NCBI GenBank assembly: GCA_009859145.1
Contig: VRVR01000043.1
Span: 82,721-146,720 of the forward strand
DNA from: Andalucia godoyi And28
Lineage: Eukaryota; Protista; Jakobida
Length of the DNA: 64,000 nucleotides
Direction of reading: 5' to 3'
Shown: piece by piece, positions 10,484 through 19,929 of the stretch
Position numbering within the stretch: the stretch's first letter is position 1
Layout of the letters: each line of letters begins with the position of its first letter
The notes under the pieces: generated by a model
Told to the model about the DNA's origin: nothing
The model's input: the letters and a program-made list of their open reading frames with translations, nothing else
Databases searched by the model: none
Translations under genes and position numbers: made by a program

Positions 10484-11338
10484 CTAAACAATTTCCTGGT
10501 CAAACCACAGAATCCACGACAGGACAGAGCATGCATTGGACTCCAAGTCAAGGTTGACGTAGCCGTCAACTCCCCATGACGTTCCCCACTGATTCTTGCC
10601 GATGGCATACGGACGGCCATGCGAGTCAAGAGCGATTCCCACAATCGCGACGGTGTGATCTGGGTACGCACAAGGAGGACAGTCTTTTCCGCTGAGGACC
10701 CCATCTGCGTACATTTGGAACGCAGAGTTTACGCAAATCGCCGCAACCAAGACGCCCTTCTTCTGCAAAAGCGAGTGCACTTGTTGGGCCGTTGCATTGT
10801 GCATTTGGGCCATCGGGAACTGCTCCACAAACGAGGGCTTGGAGGAGTTCGTCAGCTGACATTGCTCTTCGGTGCCCTTGTATGGGTATTCATCCGCGCT
10901 CATCCATGGAGCATGCACCATGTCAGCCATTGCAGTGTCTGGGAACCCGCCACAGCATTGGTCCTGGTCCGACAGACAGTCCACAAGCTGCTGCGACGAC
11001 AGTGCCTGCCCGGTGTTCCACACAGACTCGCCCGCCGCCGCAACCGACATAAACAGCGTTGCGCCACACGACCCTTCGTTCAGAACTGGAGTGACTCGCT
11101 TCGTTCCCTGCCATGTAAATGCCGTCACCGCACCAGAAGCTGGAACAATCCGGGCAGATCCGTCCGCCTGTCCAGCACGGAAATCCTCGCGACGAGCAGC
11201 AGAACGCGATCCCGTACTTGGGCAATTCTTTCGAGCACCCGAAATCCGAGTGCGAAGCGCAGCGGCGTCAGTCAATGCCGCTGTTGCGGCAACACCAATC
11301 ACCACCACCACTACAAGAACAATCAGTGCAGTACGCAT
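10484..11338 (-). CDS. Secreted papain-family (C1A) peptidase homologue with catalytic Cys replaced by Thr
   Basis: Signal peptide MRTALIVLVVVVVIGVAATAA. C1A motifs VTPVLNEGSCGATL, LSSQQLVDC, CCGGFP, YPYKG, DHTVAIVG and KNQWGTSWGVDGY. Confidence 0.9.
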   Translation of the reverse strand: MRTALIVLVVVVVIGVAATAALTDAAALRTRISGARKNCPSTGSRSAARREDFRAGQADGSARIVPASGAVTAFTWQGTKRVTPVLNEGSCGATLFMSVAAAGESVWNTGQALSSQQLVDCLSDQDQCCGGFPDTAMADMVHAPWMSADEYPYKGTEEQCQLTNSSKPSFVEQFPMAQMHNATAQQVHSLLQKKGVLVAAICVNSAFQMYADGVLSGKDCPPCAYPDHTVAIVGIALDSHGRPYAIGKNQWGTSWGVDGYVNLDLESNACSVLSWILWFDQEIV

Positions 11339-12004
11339 CTTTGTACTGTGTGTGATCCACGTTTTATTCAAGATGAAGGGAAACAAAAGATAATCTCGGC
11401 AATTCTCTGCACGAAGAAAAGGCCATGAGAGGCGGCTGTCACGCTGTCAGTGGCAACATGCCACAGGAGTTTTCTTCCTGTTTCAACACTGGCAGATCCT
11501 TGAGACTTCCCGAGTCGCTACTGCCGCTGCCACTTATTGCGATATGACGAAGCAATCTAAAGCGCAAAAACACTGCCACGCGCCATGCACATGCATTTGC
11601 TATCTTAAGCAACTCCGTCACACAATCCCCGATTCGTTTCGCCCCATTTTGATCATGAAATCCCTGTGAACACGCCGCCGCGTTGCATTCTCGCACAGCG
11701 ACGCTCATTTCATTTCTTTACTGTTATTGTCCATGCAACGCAACATCTATCTTAGGAACGTCTCGCATGCCGAGGGGCCTGTTGGGACCTACCCCCCTTC
11801 CCAATCATGCCTTGCATGTTGTTGGGTTGCAGCATTGATTATGGGTGATCAGCGATGATTATCCGTGGATTAGTGTACAATGTAGGCGTTTTCTTTGTGG
11901 ATGTCGTTTCCAAGATAAATGGGCTCAATATTATTTTTTTTTAAAAAAAGGTGCACGCTCTTCTTTTCTTCTTTAGCATCAGGGGGGTGGGTTGTGGAAG
12001 AATA

Positions 12005-12063
12005 CACCACAACACAACACAACACAACACAACACAACACAGCACAGCACAGCACAGCACAAA
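12005..12063. repeat. Pentanucleotide tandem repeat (ACACA)n then (GCACA)n
   Basis: Visible; lies in the presumed 3' UTR of the Ca2+-ATPase. Confidence 0.9.
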
Positions 12064-12081
12064 CCATTAAACAAAATTCAT

Positions 12082-15000
12082 TTAATCATGGCTGACCATG
12101 GGCACTTCTTCCGACTCGGTGGATTTTGACGGCTCCAAAGCAGCCTTTGCGCCTGCCGCAATCGCACGTTCTCTCATTTCGAGAATCTCCTTTGGAATCA
12201 CGACCTTCCGAGGCGGAACGGGGATGCAGCGGATGAGGACTCCCAGTGGCAGGGAGATAAATCCAATAATGATACATCCCCACCACTGGCCAACGGTAAG
12301 ACCAGTGGTCTGGATGGCAACCCCGCCAAATTCAACAATGAGTGCCTGGATAAGAACCGTCGAAAACCAAATCAAAAAGAAGAGCGGAGACTTCGCTGGC
12401 GTAAGACCTGCAAAGATGTTCGCGTCCCACCCATCAGTATCTGCAATGCGACGGGCATTAAGCTCATTGAAGAGCTGGCAGAACACAAAAGAGTTGAAAA
12501 TGATCGTCGTCAGCTCAATGGAATTCTCAGTGACCCCAGGAATGAGCTTGTGGCCTGCAAACAGCAAGGTCATCGACATCGTGATCTGGTACGCACCCTG
12601 GCCAACGACATTACGCAGCATGACCGAGGTAATCAACGGGTCGTAGCGTCCATACGGCTTGCGTTCCAGCAATGCAGGCGAGGGTGGTTCTGTCGCAAGC
12701 GCGAGCGCGGCAAATGTGTCCATGATAAGATTGACCCAGAGCAGCTGGATGACCGTCAATGGAAGATCACGCTGCGCAAGCGCTGCGATGAACACGGTCG
12801 TCAAGGCCACAAAGTTCACAGTCATCTGGAACGAAAGGAACTTTCGGATATTCTCATACACCGAGCGTCCCCAAAGAACCGCCTTCACGATCGATGAGAA
12901 GTTATCGTCGAGAATCACAATGTCCGATGCCTCCTTTGCCACTTCAGTTCCGGAAAGACCCATCGACAATCCTACGTCGGCTTCTTTGAGTGCTGGTGCA
13001 TCATTCGTTCCATCACCCGTAACTGCAACTACTTCTCCAAGCGTGCGCAGACGATTCACAAAGATGAACTTGTCCGACGGTGTAGAGCGCGCAAGAACCT
13101 GCAAATTCGGCAACACACGATCACGCTCTTCATCCGTCATGTTTCGGAACACACGTCCTTCCATCGCCACGCCGTCATCTGTCAAGATTCCGCACTCGCG
13201 TGCAATGTGCTTCGCAGTCAGGATGTTGTCACCCGTGCACATACGCACAACAATGCCAGAGGCACGGCATTGTCGGACTGCCTCGTAGACTTCCTTGCGC
13301 AACGGATCCTTGATACCCACAATCGCAATGCACGTCATCTTGGACTCCGGATCGTTCTCACTTGGCTCACCAGACACAGAGACGGGAACATTCGTCCAGT
13401 TGTCTCCTCCATCCTCTGCAAAGTCTCGGAATGCAAGGCAGATGGTTCGAAGACCCTGCGAAGCCATTTTGACGATGAGCTCTTCAAGTTGCGCACGATC
13501 CTCCGCTGTGATCTCCACTACAGAGCCGGAGGGCGTCATGCGCTTGGAACAGAGACCGAGGACAATCTCCGATGCACCTTTGGAGTACAAACGGAACTTT
13601 GGGCCAGCTACATTTGCACCAGCCCCGCCGTTCGGTTGCAGCGAAATAATGGTCGACATGCGCTTCCTGTCTGACGAAAAGGTGTACACTTGGCGAACCG
13701 CGTTCTTGTGCAGCTTTCGGATTGCATCCCAGTCAGAGTCAAAATGCTTTTGCACCAGCCACAAAAGCGCGCACTCGGTTTTGTTTCCAACAAAATCTGG
13801 TCTTCCGTCCTCCTTCACTGCAACCACAGCCTTTGTATTGACTGCAATTCCTTCGCAAAGAAGCTGGTGAACACGCTCCGATGGTAGCGTTTTCGGAAAT
13901 TCCTCATTGTCAAAGAACTCGCCGGCGAAATAGCCCTTGACGACGGTCATTCTGTTCTCGGTGAGAGTTCCGGTTTTGTCCGAGCAAATTGTCGTAGCGC
14001 CTCCCATTGTTTCGCAGGCAGACAAATGTCGCACAAAGTTGTTGTCCTTCATCATCTTCTTCATGGAATACGCAAGAGCAATCGTAACTGCAAGAGGCAA
14101 GCCTTCGGGCACAGCGACGACAACGATCGTGACGGAAATCAAGAAGAAGTTCACGAAAGCATTTGAAGATTCACCAGACCATGAATCGTTTGTCGACGCG
14201 CGGATAGTGTAGGAAATCGCAAGGACCAAAAACACGAGGATGGCGACCACAAATCCGGCCTTTCCGATCTGAGTCGCCAGCGCATCAAGCTTAATCTGCA
14301 GCGGCGTGTCTTCGGGGTCCTTCACGAGTTTTGCGACGGTCAGACCCCATTCAGAGTTCTCACCGACCGCCAAAACAAGCATCCGACCCGTGCCATCTGC
14401 AACCTGGGTTCCCGACAACAAAAACGGTGCATCGTGCCGCGACTTTTTCACCAAGTCTGTTTCTCCCGTCATGGCCGACTCGTCTGTAGCGACATTGAAT
14501 CCATCAATCAACACGCCGTCGGCTGGCACCTGGTCTCCGGAGTCCAGGATAATCACGTCTCCCACACACAAGTCATGCGTTGAAATCACGGCGCGTTTGC
14601 CGCCCCGAATAACCTTGATCAGCCGGTTCTCCTTGACCTTGTTCAGCGCCTTGAATTGTCTCTCTTTTGAGTAATTGTTACCAGCAGTAACGAAGGCAAC
14701 CAACAGCACTGCAATCATAATCGCCACTGGCTCGATCCACCCGTTTCCGCCACCATCGTGGAACCCGAGCTCGAGCGCAAGCGACACGCAAGCCAATCCC
14801 GTCAGGATCCGCAGCATGAGATCCTCAAATGCTTCCCACAGCAACTGCAGGAATGACGCCGACGGTTGTTCAGCGTACCGATTCGCTCCAAACACAGTCC
14901 GCCGGTAGTCGTAGCCGTCATGAAGCGCGTGCGGAAACGCAGCGATTGCCTCCGCCGTCTGATCAGACTCCTTGTCTGCAGAAATTCCATTGTCGAGATC

Positions 15001-15183
15001 TGTACACAGTTTGGCTGCAAGAAACGCAACCGGGTCCGCGTCGAGCTCACGAAGCGACGCAACATCGCGCTCCAGCGAAAGCTGAGAAAGATCAGAAACT
15101 GAAATCCCAAACGGACCTTGCGCAGTTGACGATTGTCCTTCCACTGCTGGAGCCACCGTCGCCGCCTCTTGTGGTCCAGACAT
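12082..15183 (-). CDS. P2B-type (PMCA/PMC1-like) Ca2+-transporting P-type ATPase
   Basis: Motifs DESAMTGE, VVAVPEGLPLAVT, ICSDKTGTLTEN, KGASE, MCTGDN, VTGDGTNDAPALK and QLLWVNLIMDT. ATG at 15183 (MSGPQ). Confidence 0.95.
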   Translation of the reverse strand: MSGPQEAATVAPAVEGQSSTAQGPFGISVSDLSQLSLERDVASLRELDADPVAFLAAKLCTDLDNGISADKESDQTAEAIAAFPHALHDGYDYRRTVFGANRYAEQPSASFLQLLWEAFEDLMLRILTGLACVSLALELGFHDGGGNGWIEPVAIMIAVLLVAFVTAGNNYSKERQFKALNKVKENRLIKVIRGGKRAVISTHDLCVGDVIILDSGDQVPADGVLIDGFNVATDESAMTGETDLVKKSRHDAPFLLSGTQVADGTGRMLVLAVGENSEWGLTVAKLVKDPEDTPLQIKLDALATQIGKAGFVVAILVFLVLAISYTIRASTNDSWSGESSNAFVNFFLISVTIVVVAVPEGLPLAVTIALAYSMKKMMKDNNFVRHLSACETMGGATTICSDKTGTLTENRMTVVKGYFAGEFFDNEEFPKTLPSERVHQLLCEGIAVNTKAVVAVKEDGRPDFVGNKTECALLWLVQKHFDSDWDAIRKLHKNAVRQVYTFSSDRKRMSTIISLQPNGGAGANVAGPKFRLYSKGASEIVLGLCSKRMTPSGSVVEITAEDRAQLEELIVKMASQGLRTICLAFRDFAEDGGDNWTNVPVSVSGEPSENDPESKMTCIAIVGIKDPLRKEVYEAVRQCRASGIVVRMCTGDNILTAKHIARECGILTDDGVAMEGRVFRNMTDEERDRVLPNLQVLARSTPSDKFIFVNRLRTLGEVVAVTGDGTNDAPALKEADVGLSMGLSGTEVAKEASDIVILDDNFSSIVKAVLWGRSVYENIRKFLSFQMTVNFVALTTVFIAALAQRDLPLTVIQLLWVNLIMDTFAALALATEPPSPALLERKPYGRYDPLITSVMLRNVVGQGAYQITMSMTLLFAGHKLIPGVTENSIELTTIIFNSFVFCQLFNELNARRIADTDGWDANIFAGLTPAKSPLFFLIWFSTVLIQALIVEFGGVAIQTTGLTVGQWWGCIIIGFISLPLGVLIRCIPVPPRKVVIPKEILEMRERAIAAGAKAALEPSKSTESEEVPMVSHD

Positions 15184-15636
15184 GCTCCCTTTCTCCGTCT
15201 CCGTCTGCCTGTCTCGAGTCACCCAAAGAGAAGCAGTGACAGTCTACCTAAAAAAGGAGAAGAACGAAAAACAAAAACCAAAAAAAGAAAAGAAAAGGAG
15301 AATAAAAAGTTGGCGTTGAAACAGAAAATGAAAAAAATATTCAATTATAAAAATAATCTTTAAAAAATTCTATAAAAAAATAAAGAGGAGATGAAGAAGA
15401 AGAAATAAATGAAAGGAAGGAAAAAGGACTGGCACACCAAGGCGAGCTTTTGCTAAGCAGGAAACGGCAGGCAAAGCACGCACGCAAAAAAACATGCACA
15501 AAGAAAACGTTTTTCTCTCGGGTTTTGCTGAATGAGTACGACAACCCTCTCTTCTCCTAACGCAACCAAAGATGGAAAAAGTCTCCGAATAAAAAGGAGG
15601 GAAATTCCCCGACGAGCTTTTCTGTGTTTTATTTTT

Positions 15637-16437
15637 TTACGAACGCTGTGGTTCCGAGACTGTTGACGGATTGAACGAGAATGTCAGAGACTCTGTCTTC
15701 AGAGCAGCGGACACTGCGACATGGAGTTCTGGTGAATCGAGGCCGTGATACACGCGGCGGTGAATACGCTCCAAGAACGCTCGGATCTGTCCTTGGACAT
15801 TGCACGTTTGTTGTCTGATAATTGCGATTGCGGCTGGGCTCACGAGCAACTCTCCTTTGCGCAAGCGCGAGTAGCTGTGACACAAGTGGAGAAGTGCGGG
15901 CACATAACGAGAGTTCTCTCCTCTTATTCCCTCCGTGTACTCCATGACGCGTTCAAGGTACTTTACGAGCGCCGAAAGCACCCACGGATCTATCCTTCGC
16001 TGACCGTCGAGACTCAACGTGTGCAAGACATCCGCTGCATGTTGTGCAATCTCCGGTGCATGCACTGTGGATGCATGGGCTGCACTCAGCAACCAGCCTG
16101 CTTCCTGCATGTGCGGGTCCTCCACGGAACGCACAAGCTGCATCAACTGAGGCGTAAATACTCGAACGTCACGGATGGGCAGATGCTCCAATGCACGCAC
16201 AACTTCCCCAATGCTCCCGTCCGACATGCTCTGCCCACCAAGCAGGATCACAGAAATCCCCGCTTCGAACAACGCGGCAGATCGCAACAGGAAGCCATCG
16301 TACGAAGAAGGGAATCCCAAGGATGGTGGTGGTGAAGGTAATGGTGACACAGAAGGTGTCGTGCACATCATGGCAGGAGTAACGTGTACAAACACAAGCA
16401 GCAGCAGCGTCACGCAGCAGCAACAAACCGACCACAT
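15637..16437 (-). CDS. Hypothetical protein with predicted signal peptide
   Basis: 266-aa ORF with an A-rich leader before the ATG, a hydrophobic N-terminus (VTLLLLVFVHVTPA), a Pro-rich linker and a helical body. Confidence 0.65.
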   Translation of the reverse strand: MWSVCCCCVTLLLLVFVHVTPAMMCTTPSVSPLPSPPPSLGFPSSYDGFLLRSAALFEAGISVILLGGQSMSDGSIGEVVRALEHLPIRDVRVFTPQLMQLVRSVEDPHMQEAGWLLSAAHASTVHAPEIAQHAADVLHTLSLDGQRRIDPWVLSALVKYLERVMEYTEGIRGENSRYVPALLHLCHSYSRLRKGELLVSPAAIAIIRQQTCNVQGQIRAFLERIHRRVYHGLDSPELHVAVSAALKTESLTFSFNPSTVSEPQRS

Positions 16438-17079
16438 TCTTTTTCTCTTTCTTCTATTCTGTTCTTTCCTTCCTGCGCAGCCTCATAAACTTGATTTGTT
16501 TTTCTGTTGTTGTTTTCTTTTCTAATCTGTGGGTTTTCTCGGGCAGCAACGACACCTGCCACGTGGACTCGATCGCCACGGCGCGTCTTTTGCCTTTTCC
16601 TTTTTTTCCTCTTTCATTTTTCTCGGGTGTATCCTTTTTTGTCGTGCTTTCCTGTGGTTCCACTTCCTAATGCGGATAATCCCCGACCGAGCCCACGAGC
16701 CTTTTTTGAAACTGTTCGAGCCCACGAGCTTACTGTAAAAAGAATAAATTTTCGAAAACAGCAGCGTCCGTTAACCATCAATCGCCCAAGTCGCCTAATG
16801 CAAAAACAAAACTCACTTTTATATGAAGATGCATATTACTCGTTGGATACATGCTGTTGCCGAAGCGAAAGTGTGTTTTTATTTGTTTTTGTGTTTTGTG
16901 TTTTTTGATATTTTTTGAAGAAAAGACATTTTGAACAAGACGGTGGTGGGAAGCAACAGAAATCTGGCGAGGTTTGGGTTGGAGAGTAGTACATAGAAAC
17001 CAGTCATAGTGAGAGGTGTGGTGAAGAATAGTGAGTGGGAGGTAGTCGTAGTCGTAGTCGTAGTTTTGGGGAAATCAGG

Positions 17080-19770
17080 ATGGATGAAAACAAGGGACTC
17101 CGCTCGATCTATGGAGCCAGCAGTCGACTTGTGCCACCAGCAGCAGTATCGGGGGATGATGAAGTATCGAGTCGGATAGGAAGCTTGCGAGAACGCCGGG
17201 CGATACTGGAGATGCGGATGGCCGAAACACTTAATGAGCGCTTGCGCCAACGGACTCATCGCGAGCACGTTCTTGGAGCGCGGTTGGCTGCACTACGGTA
17301 TGAAGCACAAGGGAAGTGCAAAGACCGGAAACATAGAATCCAGAACTTGATCCTTCGAAAACCGCGTCACCATCATGCACACGCGGGCGGACAGGGAGGC
17401 GAATACGAGGACGATGGAGGAGGGCGCGGAGGATGGAAAGAGTATACGTTTTCAGAGCCGCTGTTGGTCGGTGGCAAGTTGAATCAAAACGAAGAATTGC
17501 GTCACGGCAGCGATGATGGTCATGATGATGGTCATGATGATGGCGATGATGAATGGGTCCGAATTGGACGGCTTCGGAATGAGCTTGAGCGCGAAAAGTC
17601 CAAGTATGCAGAGAACATCATGCAGGCTTCGGGCATTCATGCGTGGGCCGTGGTCCTTCAGCGCGAGTTGGAAAAGAAACGAGCTGCTCGAGAGGCGTCG
17701 TCATCATCGTCGTCGGTGTCGCTTCTTCCAGCCGATGTATCCACTTCCAAGCAACCGTATCCCCTGGCTCCAACTGCTGCTGCAACTCCAACTCCGATTC
17801 CGGCTGCAACTCCCGCTGCTGTTGCTGTAGGGGAACCTCGGAGCCAACGGATGGGAATGCAGCCACGGCCTCAGCAGGTTCGGTTTGTTCGGCCTGCAGA
17901 CATGGAGGGGACGCGCGAAGAAGGGTCGGAAGGTGAGGCGGAAGTCGATGTGGATTTGGTGTCCCCGTTGTCGGATGTCGGGAACAGGCACGACATGTTT
18001 CAGCTGGATGAGCCACGGAAACAGCCAAGTGCAACGGACCTCCGCGACACCACCACGACGGCGGGGTCAAGGCCACAGTCAGTGTCGGAGTCGAATGATC
18101 GCTCTTCGCTGGAGGCTGAGAGCCCAAGCGCGCCCATCTCTGGTTCCGGCTGTGAAGCACGCGGAGACCGAGATCCAGAGCAAGTCCAACTCCGAGACCA
18201 AGCGGGAGGAGAAGGAGAAGGAGAAGGAGAAGGAGAGCGGCGGCCGGTGTCTGCTATCGAATCTGGGTCGTCGTCGAGACGAGAGTCGGTAAGGTCTGCG
18301 GAGGATGATTTGACAACGTTGGAAATCAGCGAATCGATCATTCGCAATCGAGAAAGCACAGGCAGTGTCGATGGAGGGCCGCCGCAAGGCATGCAGCAGG
18401 ACGCCCAAACACCACTCAAGGCAGAACAGGACAGGAGCAATGCGACTTCGTTCTTGGTTGTATCGTCCATTGAAGATGAGCATGGGGAGGCAGTTTCAGG
18501 AAGCTTCGCGCTGTCGCCGTCCTCCGCTGCGACATCCCCTGCACATGGAAGAAGCGAGAAGAATTCTCTAGACTCGTTTTTGCAGCATGAAGAAAGCGCA
18601 CTTCACGAGCTTCACGAGTCACTGGAGGAGACAGCTGCGCAGCAGGAAACGCCAATGAGCACAGAGCCGTCTGCAGCAGCACCAAACAAGTCCCCTTTTT
18701 CAGAGTTTTCGGATTTGTATGTGGAAAAGCTGCTTACTCACTGCATGGCGATGGTTGAACAGGAGGTTGTTGTGCAAGGCGAGGCGTACGATTTGTGGCA
18801 AGACGTCGTTCTCGAATCCTTCATGCCCTCTGTCTTGCTTTGTGCGGATCCGTCGCGCATTGATCTGCCCGTCCAAGAATACGAAAAGACTGCTCTGTGT
18901 GCTGCTCGAGAACTTGCTGTCAAGAGAAAGAGATTGGTGAATATGGCTTCTGTTGTTGCGTCGCATATCAACATCCTTGCTTGTGATGAAGACGAGGAGT
19001 TGGAGAGATTGAAAGACTTGTTTTGGCAGTGCATCCGCGAAGCCTGCCCTCGATCCAAGTGGTCAGCGCTGATGGGTAGCACGCCTGCGTCTTCAGCAGC
19101 AGCAGCACCACCACCACCATCATCGCAGACGAGCGCCGTTTTTCTGGAATCGGAAGTCCCTGAATCGGAAAAACAGCTGGGGATCGGCTCTGTGCCACCG
19201 GCCGAGAAGCCGTCGGCAACACCAAGCGCCGTGATTCCTCCTGCCGAAGCGTCTCCGACCAGCAGCACTGAGCCGGTTAATTATCATTGCAAGACCGATT
19301 TGGATACGGACGACGACGTGAGCTTCACAGAGGCTGGCAGGTCTCCCGCTCGTGTTGCCCGCCCATTACAAGCTCCAGTAGCGCATCATCATCATCCGCT
19401 TGCGCATGCGATCACGGATGACTTTGACGAGGGCAGCGAAATCGACAACGACAACGAAGCAAGAGCTGAAAAGATCGATGCTCTAGAGAACCGACGAAAA
19501 TCGCCAACAACAGAAGAGTCTTTGGGAGCTCATTCCGCAAGCCTGCAAAGCAGCTTGCACGCATCCATTGGTGATGCAGAGGAGACGTCTGAAGAAGACT
19601 CGTTTGGCATTTCTGGTGCACTAAACAGCTTTGCTTTTGCTCGCTCCGTCACAGGCGCTGGGCTCAGCACCCGACGGCGTGTACAGACACTTTCTTCCTT
19701 TGGGAATGCAGCGGAAACTCCGCAACAAGCCCAGGCACGCCGCAATCCGTTTGGTTTTGACGGATTCTGA
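17080..19770 (+). CDS. Hypothetical coiled-coil and largely disordered protein
   Basis: ORF of about 896 aa from ATG 17080. N-terminal coiled-coil segments and acidic/Ser-rich low-complexity regions, including coding repeats at about 17512-17550 and 18205-18237. Confidence 0.8.
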   Translation: MDENKGLRSIYGASSRLVPPAAVSGDDEVSSRIGSLRERRAILEMRMAETLNERLRQRTHREHVLGARLAALRYEAQGKCKDRKHRIQNLILRKPRHHHAHAGGQGGEYEDDGGGRGGWKEYTFSEPLLVGGKLNQNEELRHGSDDGHDDGHDDGDDEWVRIGRLRNELEREKSKYAENIMQASGIHAWAVVLQRELEKKRAAREASSSSSSVSLLPADVSTSKQPYPLAPTAAATPTPIPAATPAAVAVGEPRSQRMGMQPRPQQVRFVRPADMEGTREEGSEGEAEVDVDLVSPLSDVGNRHDMFQLDEPRKQPSATDLRDTTTTAGSRPQSVSESNDRSSLEAESPSAPISGSGCEARGDRDPEQVQLRDQAGGEGEGEGEGERRPVSAIESGSSSRRESVRSAEDDLTTLEISESIIRNRESTGSVDGGPPQGMQQDAQTPLKAEQDRSNATSFLVVSSIEDEHGEAVSGSFALSPSSAATSPAHGRSEKNSLDSFLQHEESALHELHESLEETAAQQETPMSTEPSAAAPNKSPFSEFSDLYVEKLLTHCMAMVEQEVVVQGEAYDLWQDVVLESFMPSVLLCADPSRIDLPVQEYEKTALCAARELAVKRKRLVNMASVVASHINILACDEDEELERLKDLFWQCIREACPRSKWSALMGSTPASSAAAAPPPPSSQTSAVFLESEVPESEKQLGIGSVPPAEKPSATPSAVIPPAEASPTSSTEPVNYHCKTDLDTDDDVSFTEAGRSPARVARPLQAPVAHHHHPLAHAITDDFDEGSEIDNDNEARAEKIDALENRRKSPTTEESLGAHSASLQSSLHASIGDAEETSEEDSFGISGALNSFAFARSVTGAGLSTRRRVQTLSSFGNAAETPQQAQARRNPFGFDGF

Positions 19771-19929
19771 CGGAATCCGATGCTCCCAAGATTCTGCCCA
19801 TGAAACTCCTTTTTTGTACATGTCTAATTTTACAATATTGCTGGCAAGCTAATAACAATAATACTATAATACTAAAAGATGGTAATGAGCACAACGATTA
19901 TGCCATCTATCTGGCTGGACAGTGTTGCT

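Noticed and set aside
15745-16335. 196-aa plus-strand ORF overlapping the 266-aa minus ORF
   Set aside because: It lacks an ATG in good context and reads as random sequence. The minus ORF has the typical A-rich leader and a signal peptide.
17031-17078. Possible 48-nt intron (GTGAGT...ATCAG) before ATG 17080
   Set aside because: There is no branch motif, and splicing leaves an in-frame TAG upstream, so it cannot extend the CDS. At most it is an unsupported UTR intron.
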